Virus record (IMG/VR): IMGVR_UViG_3300031658_003389
Coordinates: 1-57,323 of that record
Source of the DNA: a virus
Taxonomy: Duplodnaviria > Caudoviricetes
DNA length: 57,323 nt
Direction: 5' to 3' (one strand)
Both the position numbers and the translations under genes were made by a program. Within the stretch, counting starts at the first letter, position 1; every line of letters begins with the position of its first letter. The notes beneath the pieces were generated by a model. That model worked only from the letters and a program-made list of their open reading frames with translations, searched no databases and was not told the origin of the DNA. Of this stretch, positions 49,340-57,323 are shown piece after piece.

Positions 49340-49433
49340 TTGAAAATAAGTAAGAAAAAGCTTGTGTATGTCATTTATTATTCTTATATTAGAGTGTTGT
49401 TAAGATTGAGAGATTGGTGAACAACGTTAACCC
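49340..49433 (+). repeat. 94-bp promoter/leader direct repeat, copy 2
   Basis: Identical by eye to 31775..31868. Confidence 0.9.
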
Positions 49434-49449
49434 TTTAAAACTAAATAAT

Positions 49450-49794
49450 ATGAAAACAATCGGAACTAAGTACGGAATTGAAATCACAAGACCTTGGAAC
49501 AATGAGATGTATGACCACAACGATAAAGTTGGTGAACTTCTTAAAATTGAATTAGAAAACACTTTAGAAGAAATTTACGATAATGGCAATTGTAGTAAAG
49601 GTGAACTAAATGAGTTCTCTAAGGTAATTAGTTATAATTATGGTGATGGATATGATGTAGAATCTATGTACCCACTTATCAAAGAGAGTATTGATGATTT
49701 ACAAAACTATCAGTTAGCTGAAGATATTGAGTGGTTAGTTAAGAGAAACCTAATAGTAACACCTAAAATCGGATTCGTAGGATATGGAAAGTAA
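49450..49794 (+). CDS. Hypothetical protein
   Basis: Start placed at ATG 49450, downstream of the repeat. Confidence 0.65.
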   Translation: MKTIGTKYGIEITRPWNNEMYDHNDKVGELLKIELENTLEEIYDNGNCSKGELNEFSKVISYNYGDGYDVESMYPLIKESIDDLQNYQLAEDIEWLVKRNLIVTPKIGFVGYGK

Positions 49795-49990
49795 ACTAAG
49801 AGAAGAGTGGATATCGGAACCAAACCTTAGAGTTTGGAACAGTAGAAGTTGTGTACAAAAGAATGAATGTAATTGTTCTAAACCTAAGTTAGTAGAACTT
49901 TGGGAGCAGGATAGTTGTGTAAGAGGTAGGATAGATACCATAGTTTGTACCAATTGTGATAAAGTTGAATCATTTAAAATCATAAGATAA
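49784..49990 (+). CDS. Small Cys-rich protein, possible zinc ribbon
   Basis: CNC and CTNC motifs. Confidence 0.55.
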   Translation: MESKLREEWISEPNLRVWNSRSCVQKNECNCSKPKLVELWEQDSCVRGRIDTIVCTNCDKVESFKIIR

Positions 49991-50232
49991 TGGGAAAAAC
50001 AAAAAAACAATTAGAACAAATTGTTCTAAAAAAAAGTAAAGCACCTGAATTGTTTGAAGGTAGAACTAAAGAGTGGAATGATATCCCAGAAAGACAATAT
50101 AGAAGTAATCAAGGTAGAAGTCCTCAAAAAACTGAAGCTAATTATAAAGTTATGCTTCTAGCAATGCTAGGTATGTTGATTATATTAATTGGTACAGTAC
50201 TGTATGCGGTAATAAAAAACATATTTGCTTAG
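49990..50232 (+). CDS. Protein with C-terminal TM
   Basis: RQYRSNQGRSP motif then hydrophobic helix. Confidence 0.6.
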   Translation: MGKTKKQLEQIVLKKSKAPELFEGRTKEWNDIPERQYRSNQGRSPQKTEANYKVMLLAMLGMLIILIGTVLYAVIKNIFA

Positions 50233-50789
50233 TGTATTGGTTCAAACGTAAATATCAACAAATACAAAGAGTATTGGATTACTTACCAATCATTTGGAAG
50301 GGATTTGATTTTGATTATAAATATGCTACTGAATTATATGGACATCAATTAGGTAGGATTGCTAATTTCTTAGAATCAGATAGAGCACATACAATGTGCG
50401 CTAAGGATAATGCTAAAAGAATCAGAACCACATTAAAGTTAATGAAACTTGTAGGTGATGAAGAATATGCAATGGAATATTTTGATTATGAAGATGTTAA
50501 ATATAACTTTGTTCCCGTAGTAATTAAAGAAGCTGGTGATTGTGATGGTTGCTCTACTATTGAAACGGATTACATATCAGAAAGATATGATGAGTATTTT
50601 TCTAAGTATCCATTGATATACAGCAAAGTTGTTGATTTAGGTTTAGGTCCATTTTCATCAAAAGAAGGTGATACTGATTTTAAAATAAAAAGGATTATAG
50701 CAATGAATATTGCACATCTTAATCACGAAAGAGCTAGAAAAACATTACATAAATTAATAGAACGTAACCAACAAAAGTGGTGGGATTAA
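50232..50789 (+). CDS. Hypothetical phage protein
   Basis: GTG start coupled to the upstream stop; PIIWK..DFDY, C-terminal KWWD. Confidence 0.65.
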   Translation: MYWFKRKYQQIQRVLDYLPIIWKGFDFDYKYATELYGHQLGRIANFLESDRAHTMCAKDNAKRIRTTLKLMKLVGDEEYAMEYFDYEDVKYNFVPVVIKEAGDCDGCSTIETDYISERYDEYFSKYPLIYSKVVDLGLGPFSSKEGDTDFKIKRIIAMNIAHLNHERARKTLHKLIERNQQKWWD

Positions 50790-50793
50790 TCAT

Positions 50794-51015
50794 ATGGGAA
50801 ATCTAAATCAATTACCTACTGTGGTAGTGATATATAAAAAGAGAAAGAATGGTAGTGGTAAGGTTTATATGGAAATATTCAAAACCACTCGATTAGATGA
50901 TATAATCGATGCTAAGAAACGTAAGCCACCAATACCACATAACTATGAGATATTAGATATTGGAGTTGGTGAATCATTCGTAGAAAGATATAAAAAAAAA
51001 TATAAATTAAAGTAG
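50794..51015 (+). CDS. Hypothetical basic protein
   Basis: ORF tiling the operon. Confidence 0.6.
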   Translation: MGNLNQLPTVVVIYKKRKNGSGKVYMEIFKTTRLDDIIDAKKRKPPIPHNYEILDIGVGESFVERYKKKYKLK

Positions 51016-51599
51016 TGAAAAAGAATTTTAAACATTTAGTAGTAATAGGGCATCCTGATAAGAAATCATTTTGTTATAATGGAATATTCAAAACTATTAT
51101 AAGACAAATGGAAAAGCACAATGAGGTGTTTGAGATTATTGATGTGTATGATGATAAGCTTCATCGTAATAGAACTGAATTGATTAAGGAGTATAAGAAA
51201 TTAATTACTTGGTCAACACACATTTATTTTGTATCACCAGTTTGGTGGTTTAGAATGACACCAAAGATGGAAACATTCTTTGATGAAGTACTAACACCGG
51301 GATTTGCATATAACTTTGTACCAATGATAGGTAAGTATGCTTATCCTAAACCAAAATTAAGTGATAAGAAGGTTAGAACATATATTACACACGGAGCACC
51401 AATGTTACCTGTTGTTACGTTGTATCTTAATTCAGTTAAGTTAAGATTGGTAATGGGAGTTTATACATTTGTATTTGGTTGGAATCTAAATAGGTGGTTT
51501 AAAACAAAACAATTTTGGTCTGTTCCATTTGTTACAAAAGAAAAGAGAGCAAAGTATTTACAAGTAGTAAAGAACGATATTAAACGAGATTTAAGATAG
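51015..51599 (+). CDS. NAD(P)H-dependent oxidoreductase, flavodoxin-like fold (KefF/MdaB family)
   Basis: GHPDKKSFC, SPVWWF..TP, FFDEVLTPGFAY, ITHGAP. Confidence 0.85.
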   Translation: MKKNFKHLVVIGHPDKKSFCYNGIFKTIIRQMEKHNEVFEIIDVYDDKLHRNRTELIKEYKKLITWSTHIYFVSPVWWFRMTPKMETFFDEVLTPGFAYNFVPMIGKYAYPKPKLSDKKVRTYITHGAPMLPVVTLYLNSVKLRLVMGVYTFVFGWNLNRWFKTKQFWSVPFVTKEKRAKYLQVVKNDIKRDLR

Positions 51600-51600
51600 A

Positions 51601-52476
51601 ATGAATTGGATAGATAAAATTTACATAATATCACTTGATTCACATCAAACAAGAAGAAACACCATTATAAGAGATTTGGATTCTGGTGGGTTTGATACCC
51701 GAAAAGTACAATTTATTGATGGTGTAGATGGTAGTCAATTGGATGTTAATCAATGTATTAAAGATGGTATTATTAATGATACCTTCTTAGACCCATATGG
51801 ATTACTGACAAAATCTATATATGGTTGTGCATTTTCACATCAATTGGCTTATGAAATGTTTTTAAATACTAAATCGGAAAATGCTTTGATATTAGAAGAT
51901 GATGCATCATTAACACATACATTACTTAGAATGTTATTACCAAACTCAACGGGATATACCAAATTAGTTGATGAGGTTGGTAGTATAGATTGGGAAGTAA
52001 TTGTTATGGGTGGTCAAACTACTCATATGGAATATGAGGAAAGTGATTCATTGATATTAAAGAAGATGGTTAAATACCCAAATGGATATGCAGGGCATTC
52101 GTATGTAATAACCAAATCAGGTGCACAAAAGTTGTTAGATAATAATAAATGTGTTAGATTTGCCGCTGATGTTAATATCCATATGAGTGATGTTAATCTA
52201 TATTGTACACCAGTATCATATTTTATTCAAAAGATGGGAAATATGAAAAAGGAATTGGTATCAAAGTTAATGAATGATTTTCAAAATACGTTGGTATATA
52301 ACCAACGTGGTTGGGATGTTAATGAGATAGCTTCTGGAACACTCACTGGTGATGATGCTGGGGTAAATTCAGCTACCATTTCTGATAAGATTGAGTTAGA
52401 TAGTGTTGATTGGAAACCATTTCAATGGAAAGGTGATGTAATTGAAGGTTGGACAAACATACATTTAAAATTATAA
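51601..52476 (+). CDS. Glycosyltransferase, GT25
   Basis: IYIISL...RR, DGVDG, GCAFSH, LILEDDA, YVITKSGAQKLL. Confidence 0.9.
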   Translation: MNWIDKIYIISLDSHQTRRNTIIRDLDSGGFDTRKVQFIDGVDGSQLDVNQCIKDGIINDTFLDPYGLLTKSIYGCAFSHQLAYEMFLNTKSENALILEDDASLTHTLLRMLLPNSTGYTKLVDEVGSIDWEVIVMGGQTTHMEYEESDSLILKKMVKYPNGYAGHSYVITKSGAQKLLDNNKCVRFAADVNIHMSDVNLYCTPVSYFIQKMGNMKKELVSKLMNDFQNTLVYNQRGWDVNEIASGTLTGDDAGVNSATISDKIELDSVDWKPFQWKGDVIEGWTNIHLKL

Positions 52477-52562
52477 ATGAAGATACTGAAGCTTGTGTTA
52501 TTTATTATAAGTGAATGGATTAAGGAAAAGAATAAGAACAGAAGAAAATCAAAGTGGGATTT

Positions 52563-53588
52563 ATGAATAAATTAGATAAAGAATACCAAATGTTACTTGA
52601 ATATATTTTAGGTAACGGAGTGGAAAAGAAAGATAGAACTGGTACAGGTACTATATCTGTATTTGGTACCCAAATCAGACACGATATGAGTGATGGGTTC
52701 CCTTTACTAACTACCAAACGAATACCTGTTAAGACTATGATGACTGAATTAAAATGGTTCTTAAAGGGAGATACTAATATCAAATATTTAGTTGATAATG
52801 GTTGTAACATTTGGAATGGTGATGCTTATAAAAAATACCATCAAGCATTCCCTGAAACTGAAATGTTATCTCAAGAACAATTTATCACTTTAATTAAAAC
52901 CAATGATGAGTTTGCAGAGAAGTGGGGTGAGTTAGGTCCAATTTATGGTAAGCAGTGGCGTAACTGGGAAACTGGATTTGATGAATTCGAACGGAATGAA
53001 CATACACCAATTGACCAAATCAAAAACCTTTTAGAACAACTAAAAACAAATCCAAATTCTCGAAGGCTAATGGTTTCGGCATGGAATGTTGGAGAGTTAG
53101 ACAAAATGACCCTTCCTCCTTGTCATTATGGATTCCAAGTTTACACTAGGGAGTTAAGTGATAAAGAGAGGTATGATTATTGGTGGAAAAATAATTATGA
53201 GACAGGTATGGAATACAATGAATCTAACATACCTAATTTTGATGATGATTATTATACGAAAACACCTAAGAGGTCTATATCCTTAATGTGGAATCAAAGA
53301 AGTGTTGATACATTCTTAGGGTTACCATTTAACATTGCATCATATGGTATGTTACTCACCCTACTCGCAGAAGAGGTTGGGATGATACCTGATGAACTTA
53401 TTGGTAATTTGGGAGATACTCATTTATATCTTAATCATATTCAACAAGCAAAAGAGCAAATAAATAGAGAACCTTATCAATTACCAACAATTGAAATACA
53501 TATGAGTGATATATTAAATGGTGAGTTTGATTATGAACTTGCATATTACCAATATCACCCAACTATAAAAGCACCATTAAGTAATTAA
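52563..53588 (+). CDS. thyA: Thymidylate synthase
   Basis: DRTGTGT, FPLLTTK, LGPIYGKQWR, LPPCH, QRSVDTFLGLPFNIASY, GDTHLYLNH. Confidence 0.97.
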   Translation: MNKLDKEYQMLLEYILGNGVEKKDRTGTGTISVFGTQIRHDMSDGFPLLTTKRIPVKTMMTELKWFLKGDTNIKYLVDNGCNIWNGDAYKKYHQAFPETEMLSQEQFITLIKTNDEFAEKWGELGPIYGKQWRNWETGFDEFERNEHTPIDQIKNLLEQLKTNPNSRRLMVSAWNVGELDKMTLPPCHYGFQVYTRELSDKERYDYWWKNNYETGMEYNESNIPNFDDDYYTKTPKRSISLMWNQRSVDTFLGLPFNIASYGMLLTLLAEEVGMIPDELIGNLGDTHLYLNHIQQAKEQINREPYQLPTIEIHMSDILNGEFDYELAYYQYHPTIKAPLSN

Positions 53589-53591
53589 GAT

Positions 53592-53759
53592 ATGGACCAC
53601 ACAAGATTATACGAAATTAAAATAGAACAACTTGAAAAAGAAAAGAGAAAATTGAAAGTTGATAACGAAAAACTTATGTTAGAGATATTAGAACTCAGAG
53701 ATGATGTCTATGATTGGAAAGAAAAATATAAGGAATTAAAAAAAACAATAACAAATTAA
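53592..53759 (+). CDS. Small coiled-coil protein, 55 aa (not in ORF track)
   Basis: MDHTRLYEIKIEQLEKEKRKLKVDNEKL... Confidence 0.55.
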   Translation: MDHTRLYEIKIEQLEKEKRKLKVDNEKLMLEILELRDDVYDWKEKYKELKKTITN

Positions 53760-53768
53760 AAAACAATT

Positions 53769-53939
53769 ATGAGAAAATTTTATAGAAGTACGAAAAACAA
53801 ATACCTAACAGGTGTTTGTGGTGGGTTAGGATACCACACAAAAGTAGACCCGATTATATGGAGAGCATTCTTCTTATTATTAGGACCAGGTTCAATCGTT
53901 GCATATTTAGTATTAACCATTTTAACTGAGAAGAAATAA
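53769..53939 (+). CDS. pspC: PspC-domain protein, 56 aa (not in ORF track)
   Basis: MRKFYRSTKNKYLTGVCGGLGYHTKVDPIIWRAFFLL...AYLVL is the PspC signature. Confidence 0.85.
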   Translation: MRKFYRSTKNKYLTGVCGGLGYHTKVDPIIWRAFFLLLGPGSIVAYLVLTILTEKK

Positions 53940-53940
53940 T

Positions 53941-54453
53941 ATGTTACCTTTAAAAGAAGCAACTGCTGAAAAGCACAAATTGGCTGAAAGGATGCCATTC
54001 AATGGTAGAATGTATACCGGAAAACTAACAGATGATGAATATTGTATATATTTAAAATCTCAATTGGCAATCTTTACCACATTGGAACGTAACTTTAAGT
54101 TACCATCCGAAAAGTTAAGTAGAGTTAATGCAGTACAAAGAGATTTGGTAGCATTGGGCTCAAATCAATTGGAGATGTTTCCAGATAAAGCTACTCGTAA
54201 ATACGTTGAGTATTTAGAAACGATATCACAAGATGATGCTATGGCTCATGTCTATCTTAACTACCTTGCTATTATGTTTGGTGGACAGATGATGAAAGCT
54301 CAAACACCTGGACCTGGTCATATGTATGATTTCGAAGATATGAAAGGTGCTGCTGGTTCAGTTAGAGAAATCCAAAAGGATGAGTGGGCTGATGAAGTTA
54401 ACAAAGGATTTGATTTTATGATTGAAATCTTTAAGGAATTGGATAATGTATAA
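53941..54453 (+). CDS. Heme oxygenase (HO-1/HemO fold)
   Basis: LKEATAEKHKLAE (proximal His), R..A..RDL, AHVYLNYLAIMFGGQ distal helix, DEVNKGF. Confidence 0.88.
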   Translation: MLPLKEATAEKHKLAERMPFNGRMYTGKLTDDEYCIYLKSQLAIFTTLERNFKLPSEKLSRVNAVQRDLVALGSNQLEMFPDKATRKYVEYLETISQDDAMAHVYLNYLAIMFGGQMMKAQTPGPGHMYDFEDMKGAAGSVREIQKDEWADEVNKGFDFMIEIFKELDNV

Positions 54454-55108
54454 TATAGTTGAACGAATCAAATATCATAGTGATAAGTTTAAGGAAATCA
54501 TTGAAGCGCAAGCTGGGGTTTCTGAACTTTATACTGATGATTATGGTTGGGAAAATTATAGATACGAATCACCTCTATTCAGATTAGCACACGTTGAACG
54601 TTATTCTCATATGGGATTGCAAGTTGTACATATAACTTGCTTCCCTCGTAAGAACTCAAAAGCACCTATCTTTGGATTTGATGTAGTTGGTTATCAGAAT
54701 GATGAAAAGCAAACATCTAAAATTAGTGGTGTGTTTATTGATGTTTCACCAATTATGTATGAGGAGAAGTGGCACGATACCCAATGGAATAAAGATAGAA
54801 AGTTACCAGTATGGGCAACTGTATTTTCAAAGGATTTCATAGCAGTAAGACCTACTGAAGATGAATATGAGAAAGTATTTGAAGTTGGATTTACAGCATT
54901 TGAAAAATACATAGAAACTTTGAATAGTGAAGTAGATTTAACTGATGATGTTAGTGAAATTGAACAAATTATAGATAAGCAAAACACATATTGTAAACAC
55001 CAAGCATCAAACCCAAGAACATATGGAGCATTAAAAGCAAACATTGGTGAGGAAAAGGCTAGGTACTTTATGGAGAAGGTTTTATTTCCACAAATAGATA
55101 AAGATTGA
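54446..55108 (+). CDS. pcyA: Ferredoxin-dependent bilin reductase, PcyA-like
   Basis: FRLAHVE, VHITCFP, PIFGFDVV, DVSP, RKLPVWATVFS, YCKHQASNPRT, FMEKVLF follow PcyA; start ATG 54446. Confidence 0.85.
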   Translation: MYNIVERIKYHSDKFKEIIEAQAGVSELYTDDYGWENYRYESPLFRLAHVERYSHMGLQVVHITCFPRKNSKAPIFGFDVVGYQNDEKQTSKISGVFIDVSPIMYEEKWHDTQWNKDRKLPVWATVFSKDFIAVRPTEDEYEKVFEVGFTAFEKYIETLNSEVDLTDDVSEIEQIIDKQNTYCKHQASNPRTYGALKANIGEEKARYFMEKVLFPQIDKD

Positions 55109-55419
55109 AAACTAAGAAGATAATAATTGAAGATGAATCTATGGTAACGTGGAGTATAGAAAACCACTACACCATTAATTTAGCATTGTATGATACTATA
55201 TTTGATTTCGTAAAATCGGACATTTCGTCATTCCCAGCTATGAGAATATACTCATTTAGTGACAAAGACATGGATGGTACGGATATTGTAACAGACTTTA
55301 CGATAGTGAGAAAGGATATGGATATGGCTATTCAAAAATTGTTAGAAGCATTTGAGGGATATGAGGAATATGATAAATGTGCTAAGATATTAAAACTACA
55401 ACAAAGTTTGGATAATTAG
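55105..55419 (+). CDS. Hypothetical protein with C-terminal UVR-like motif
   Basis: TTG start; EEYDKCAKIL. Confidence 0.6.
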   Translation: MKTKKIIIEDESMVTWSIENHYTINLALYDTIFDFVKSDISSFPAMRIYSFSDKDMDGTDIVTDFTIVRKDMDMAIQKLLEAFEGYEEYDKCAKILKLQQSLDN

Positions 55420-55438
55420 AATATTTTTTGTATATTTG
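55407..55438 (+). promoter_or_regulatory. Consensus Bacteroidota promoter upstream of the groES/groEL unit
   Basis: TTTG at 55407, TATATTTG at 55431. Confidence 0.8.
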
Positions 55439-55464
55439 TATAACTCTAAAATAAAAAACTAATT

Positions 55465-55716
55465 ATGGAAGGTAAGAAAGTATCTATTGATGAATTCATT
55501 CAAATGTTTGGAACGGAACCATCTGATGAGAATTTACATATAATGACTCAACAGTTTGTGAAAACATATCATACATTTGGTGTAGACCCAATTGAATTAG
55601 TTGAGGGATTCGGAATGGATTGGGTTCAAACTTTATTAGAATACAATGAACAAATTGAAGAGTATGAATTATGTGCTATCTTCAGAGATTTAATAAACGA
55701 TTATAAACAAAAATAA
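55465..55716 (+). CDS. Hypothetical protein with C-terminal UVR-like motif
   Basis: EEYELCAIFRDLI. Confidence 0.6.
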   Translation: MEGKKVSIDEFIQMFGTEPSDENLHIMTQQFVKTYHTFGVDPIELVEGFGMDWVQTLLEYNEQIEEYELCAIFRDLINDYKQK

Positions 55717-55720
55717 GTAT

Positions 55721-56011
55721 ATGGCAAATTTAGGTAAACCCCTAGCAGATAGGGTTCTTTTGAAACTGGAAAGTGTTACGGAGAAAAAATCAACTGGTGG
55801 AATTATTCTAAACCAAACAACAGCAACAGTTCAAACTGCAAAGGTAGTTGAGGTGAGTGATGGGTATATTGGTGGAACTGGTGAGGTGGTTGAACTTTCA
55901 ATCAAAGTAGGAGATAGTGTTCTTATCAATAATGGTAGTGGACAAAAACTAAAATTACAAGGTGATGAATATCATTTGGTAAGAGAATCAGAAATTTTAA
56001 TGATATTATAA
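55721..56011 (+). CDS. groES: Co-chaperonin GroES
   Basis: KPLADRVL, STGGIIL mobile loop, IKVGDSVL, LVRESEIL. Confidence 0.93.
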   Translation: MANLGKPLADRVLLKLESVTEKKSTGGIILNQTTATVQTAKVVEVSDGYIGGTGEVVELSIKVGDSVLINNGSGQKLKLQGDEYHLVRESEILMIL

Positions 56012-56014
56012 GTT

Positions 56015-57323
56015 ATGGCAAATAAACAAATTAAATTTAATTCAGAAGCTAGAGAAGCTTTAAAGACAGGCTTGGATACATTAGCTAATGCAGTTCGTGT
56101 AACCCTTGGACCCGCAGGTAGAAATGTATTATTACAAAAGGGACCAGGTTCACCACACATTACAAAGGATGGTGTATCGGTAGCAAAGGAAATCCACTTA
56201 AAGGATACCTTTGAGAATATGGGTGCACAATTAGTGAAGGAAGTATCACAACGAACTGCTGATGCAGCTGGTGATGGTACAACCACTGCTACTGTACTAG
56301 CTCAAAGCATTGCTGCTGAGGGGTTTAAGTATGTAAATGAGGGAGTTAATCCAATCTACCTTAAAAGAGGTATGGACAAGGCTGTTGAGGTTGTAGTAGA
56401 TGAACTATCTAAACAATCGGTGAACGTTGGTGATAAAATAGAACAAATTGCAACTATCTCAGCAAATAGTGATACTAACATTGGTAAACTTATAGCTGAA
56501 GCATTTGATAGAGTTGGTAAAGATGGCGTAATTACTGTTGAAGAAGCTAAGGGTATTGAAACTTCTATGGAAGTTGTAGATGGTATGCAGTTTGATAAGG
56601 GTTTCCTTTCAACTCACTTTACAACCAACCAAGAAAAGATGTTGGCTGAATTAGAAAACCCATACATCCTTACATATGATGGCAGAATTTCTAATATGAA
56701 TGATATGTTATCTATCTTAGAAGGATGTGCACAATCATCTAAACCATTACTAATCATAGCTGATGATGTAGAGGGAGAAGTGTTAGGTACATTGGTAGTT
56801 AACAAACTTAGAGGAGCTCTTAATGTATGTGCAGTTAAAGCACCAGCATTCGGAGATAGAAAGAAACAAATAATGCAAGATATCGCTACTGTAACTGGTG
56901 GTACATTTATAACTTCTGAGATTGGAATGAAATTGGAAGATGTAACTATGGATATGTTGGGTATAGCTGAAAAGGTTATTGTAGGTAAAGATAATACTAC
57001 AATTATTAATGGAGCTGGTTCCGCTGAAGATATTGCTGAGAGAATTACTCAAATCAAAACTCAGATGGATGATTCAACATCAGATTACGAAAAAGAAAAG
57101 ATGCAAGAGAGATTAGCTAAGTTAGCTGGTGGTGTTGCAGTTCTTTATATCGGAGCAGGTTCTGAAGTTGAGATGAAAGAAAAGAAAGATAGAGTTGATG
57201 ATGCACTTCAAGCTACTCGTGCAGCAATTCAAGAAGGAGTTGTTGAAGGTGGTGGAATTGCATTACTTAGAACTGTGAAAGCACTTACTAAGTTTCTTGA
57301 TAATACTGATTTAAGTCCCGAAG
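56015..57323 (+). CDS. groEL: Chaperonin GroEL (3' partial; absent from ORF track)
   Basis: [63 protein letters not shown]. Confidence 0.97.
   Translation, partial: MANKQIKFNSEAREALKTGLDTLANAVRVTLGPAGRNVLLQKGPGSPHITKDGVSVAKEIHLKDTFENMGAQLVKEVSQRTADAAGDGTTTATVLAQSIAAEGFKYVNEGVNPIYLKRGMDKAVEVVVDELSKQSVNVGDKIEQIATISANSDTNIGKLIAEAFDRVGKDGVITVEEAKGIETSMEVVDGMQFDKGFLSTHFTTNQEKMLAELENPYILTYDGRISNMNDMLSILEGCAQSSKPLLIIADDVEGEVLGTLVVNKLRGALNVCAVKAPAFGDRKKQIMQDIATVTGGTFITSEIGMKLEDVTMDMLGIAEKVIVGKDNTTIINGAGSAEDIAERITQIKTQMDDSTSDYEKEKMQERLAKLAGGVAVLYIGAGSEVEMKEKKDRVDDALQATRAAIQEGVVEGGGIALLRTVKALTKFLDNTDLSPE

Noticed and set aside
52488-52520. AAGCTTGTGT as another promoter
   Set aside because: No TATATT element at the expected spacing; it lies in a short coupled ORF (52477-52566).
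53941-55108. Cyanophage origin
   Set aside because: No photosynthesis genes in the window; promoters, bS21 type, DUF4494 and lack of SD indicate Bacteroidota.
1022-57052. All minus-strand ORFs in the track
   Set aside because: They lie antisense to well-supported + strand genes, have no recognisable motifs, and all promoter and terminator motifs found face +.
1-57323. Bacterial chromosome or capsule locus
   Set aside because: Single-strand dense coding, fibre-like and internal-protein genes, ATP-dependent ligase, many small orphans and no export genes fit a large phage better. No capsid or terminase gene is in the window, so this remains an inference.
1-57323. Stop-codon reassignment
   Set aside because: Recognisable genes are intact in code 11 and end at TAA, TAG or TGA with tight coupling.
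1-57323. tRNA or rRNA genes
   Set aside because: No cloverleaf with D- and T-loop consensus was seen in the intergenic gaps; a tRNAscan-SE run would be needed to exclude them fully.

Overview
AT-rich (roughly one-third GC by eye), densely coding window with essentially all credible genes on the + strand, in the standard genetic code. Gene content and regulatory motifs point to a segment of a large dsDNA (jumbo-type) phage of a Bacteroidota host, probably Flavobacteriia: Bacteroidota-type TTTG/TAnnTTTG promoters, no Shine-Dalgarno sites, Bacteroidota-type bS21, DUF4494 and a TonB-dependent receptor. Layout: Cas4/RecB-like nuclease (partial); a ~14 kb glycan-synthesis operon (1032-15248); a virion-associated block with proteins punctuated by E-S-V-V-(N/T)-E linkers, rpsU, a fibre-like protein and a subtilase (15.3-25.7 kb); a second glycan module (28.1-31.5 kb); promoter-led accessory cassettes with a VWA/MoxR pair, DNA ligase, nuclease and DNA methyltransferase; a TonB-dependent receptor, sugar epimerases, SPFH protein, thyA, pspC, heme oxygenase plus PcyA-like bilin reductase, groES and partial groEL. 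Best candidates for new biology: (1) modular polyproteins built from short domains joined by a conserved protease-site/DNA linker, likely swappable capsid cargo; (2) a heme import, cleavage and bilin-reduction route in a phage of a non-photosynthetic host; (3) a ribosome-directed toolkit (bS21, ArfA-like peptides, a 16S 3' tail mimic). All family calls come from motif recognition by eye; no searches were run. No tRNA, rRNA or CRISPR array was seen.
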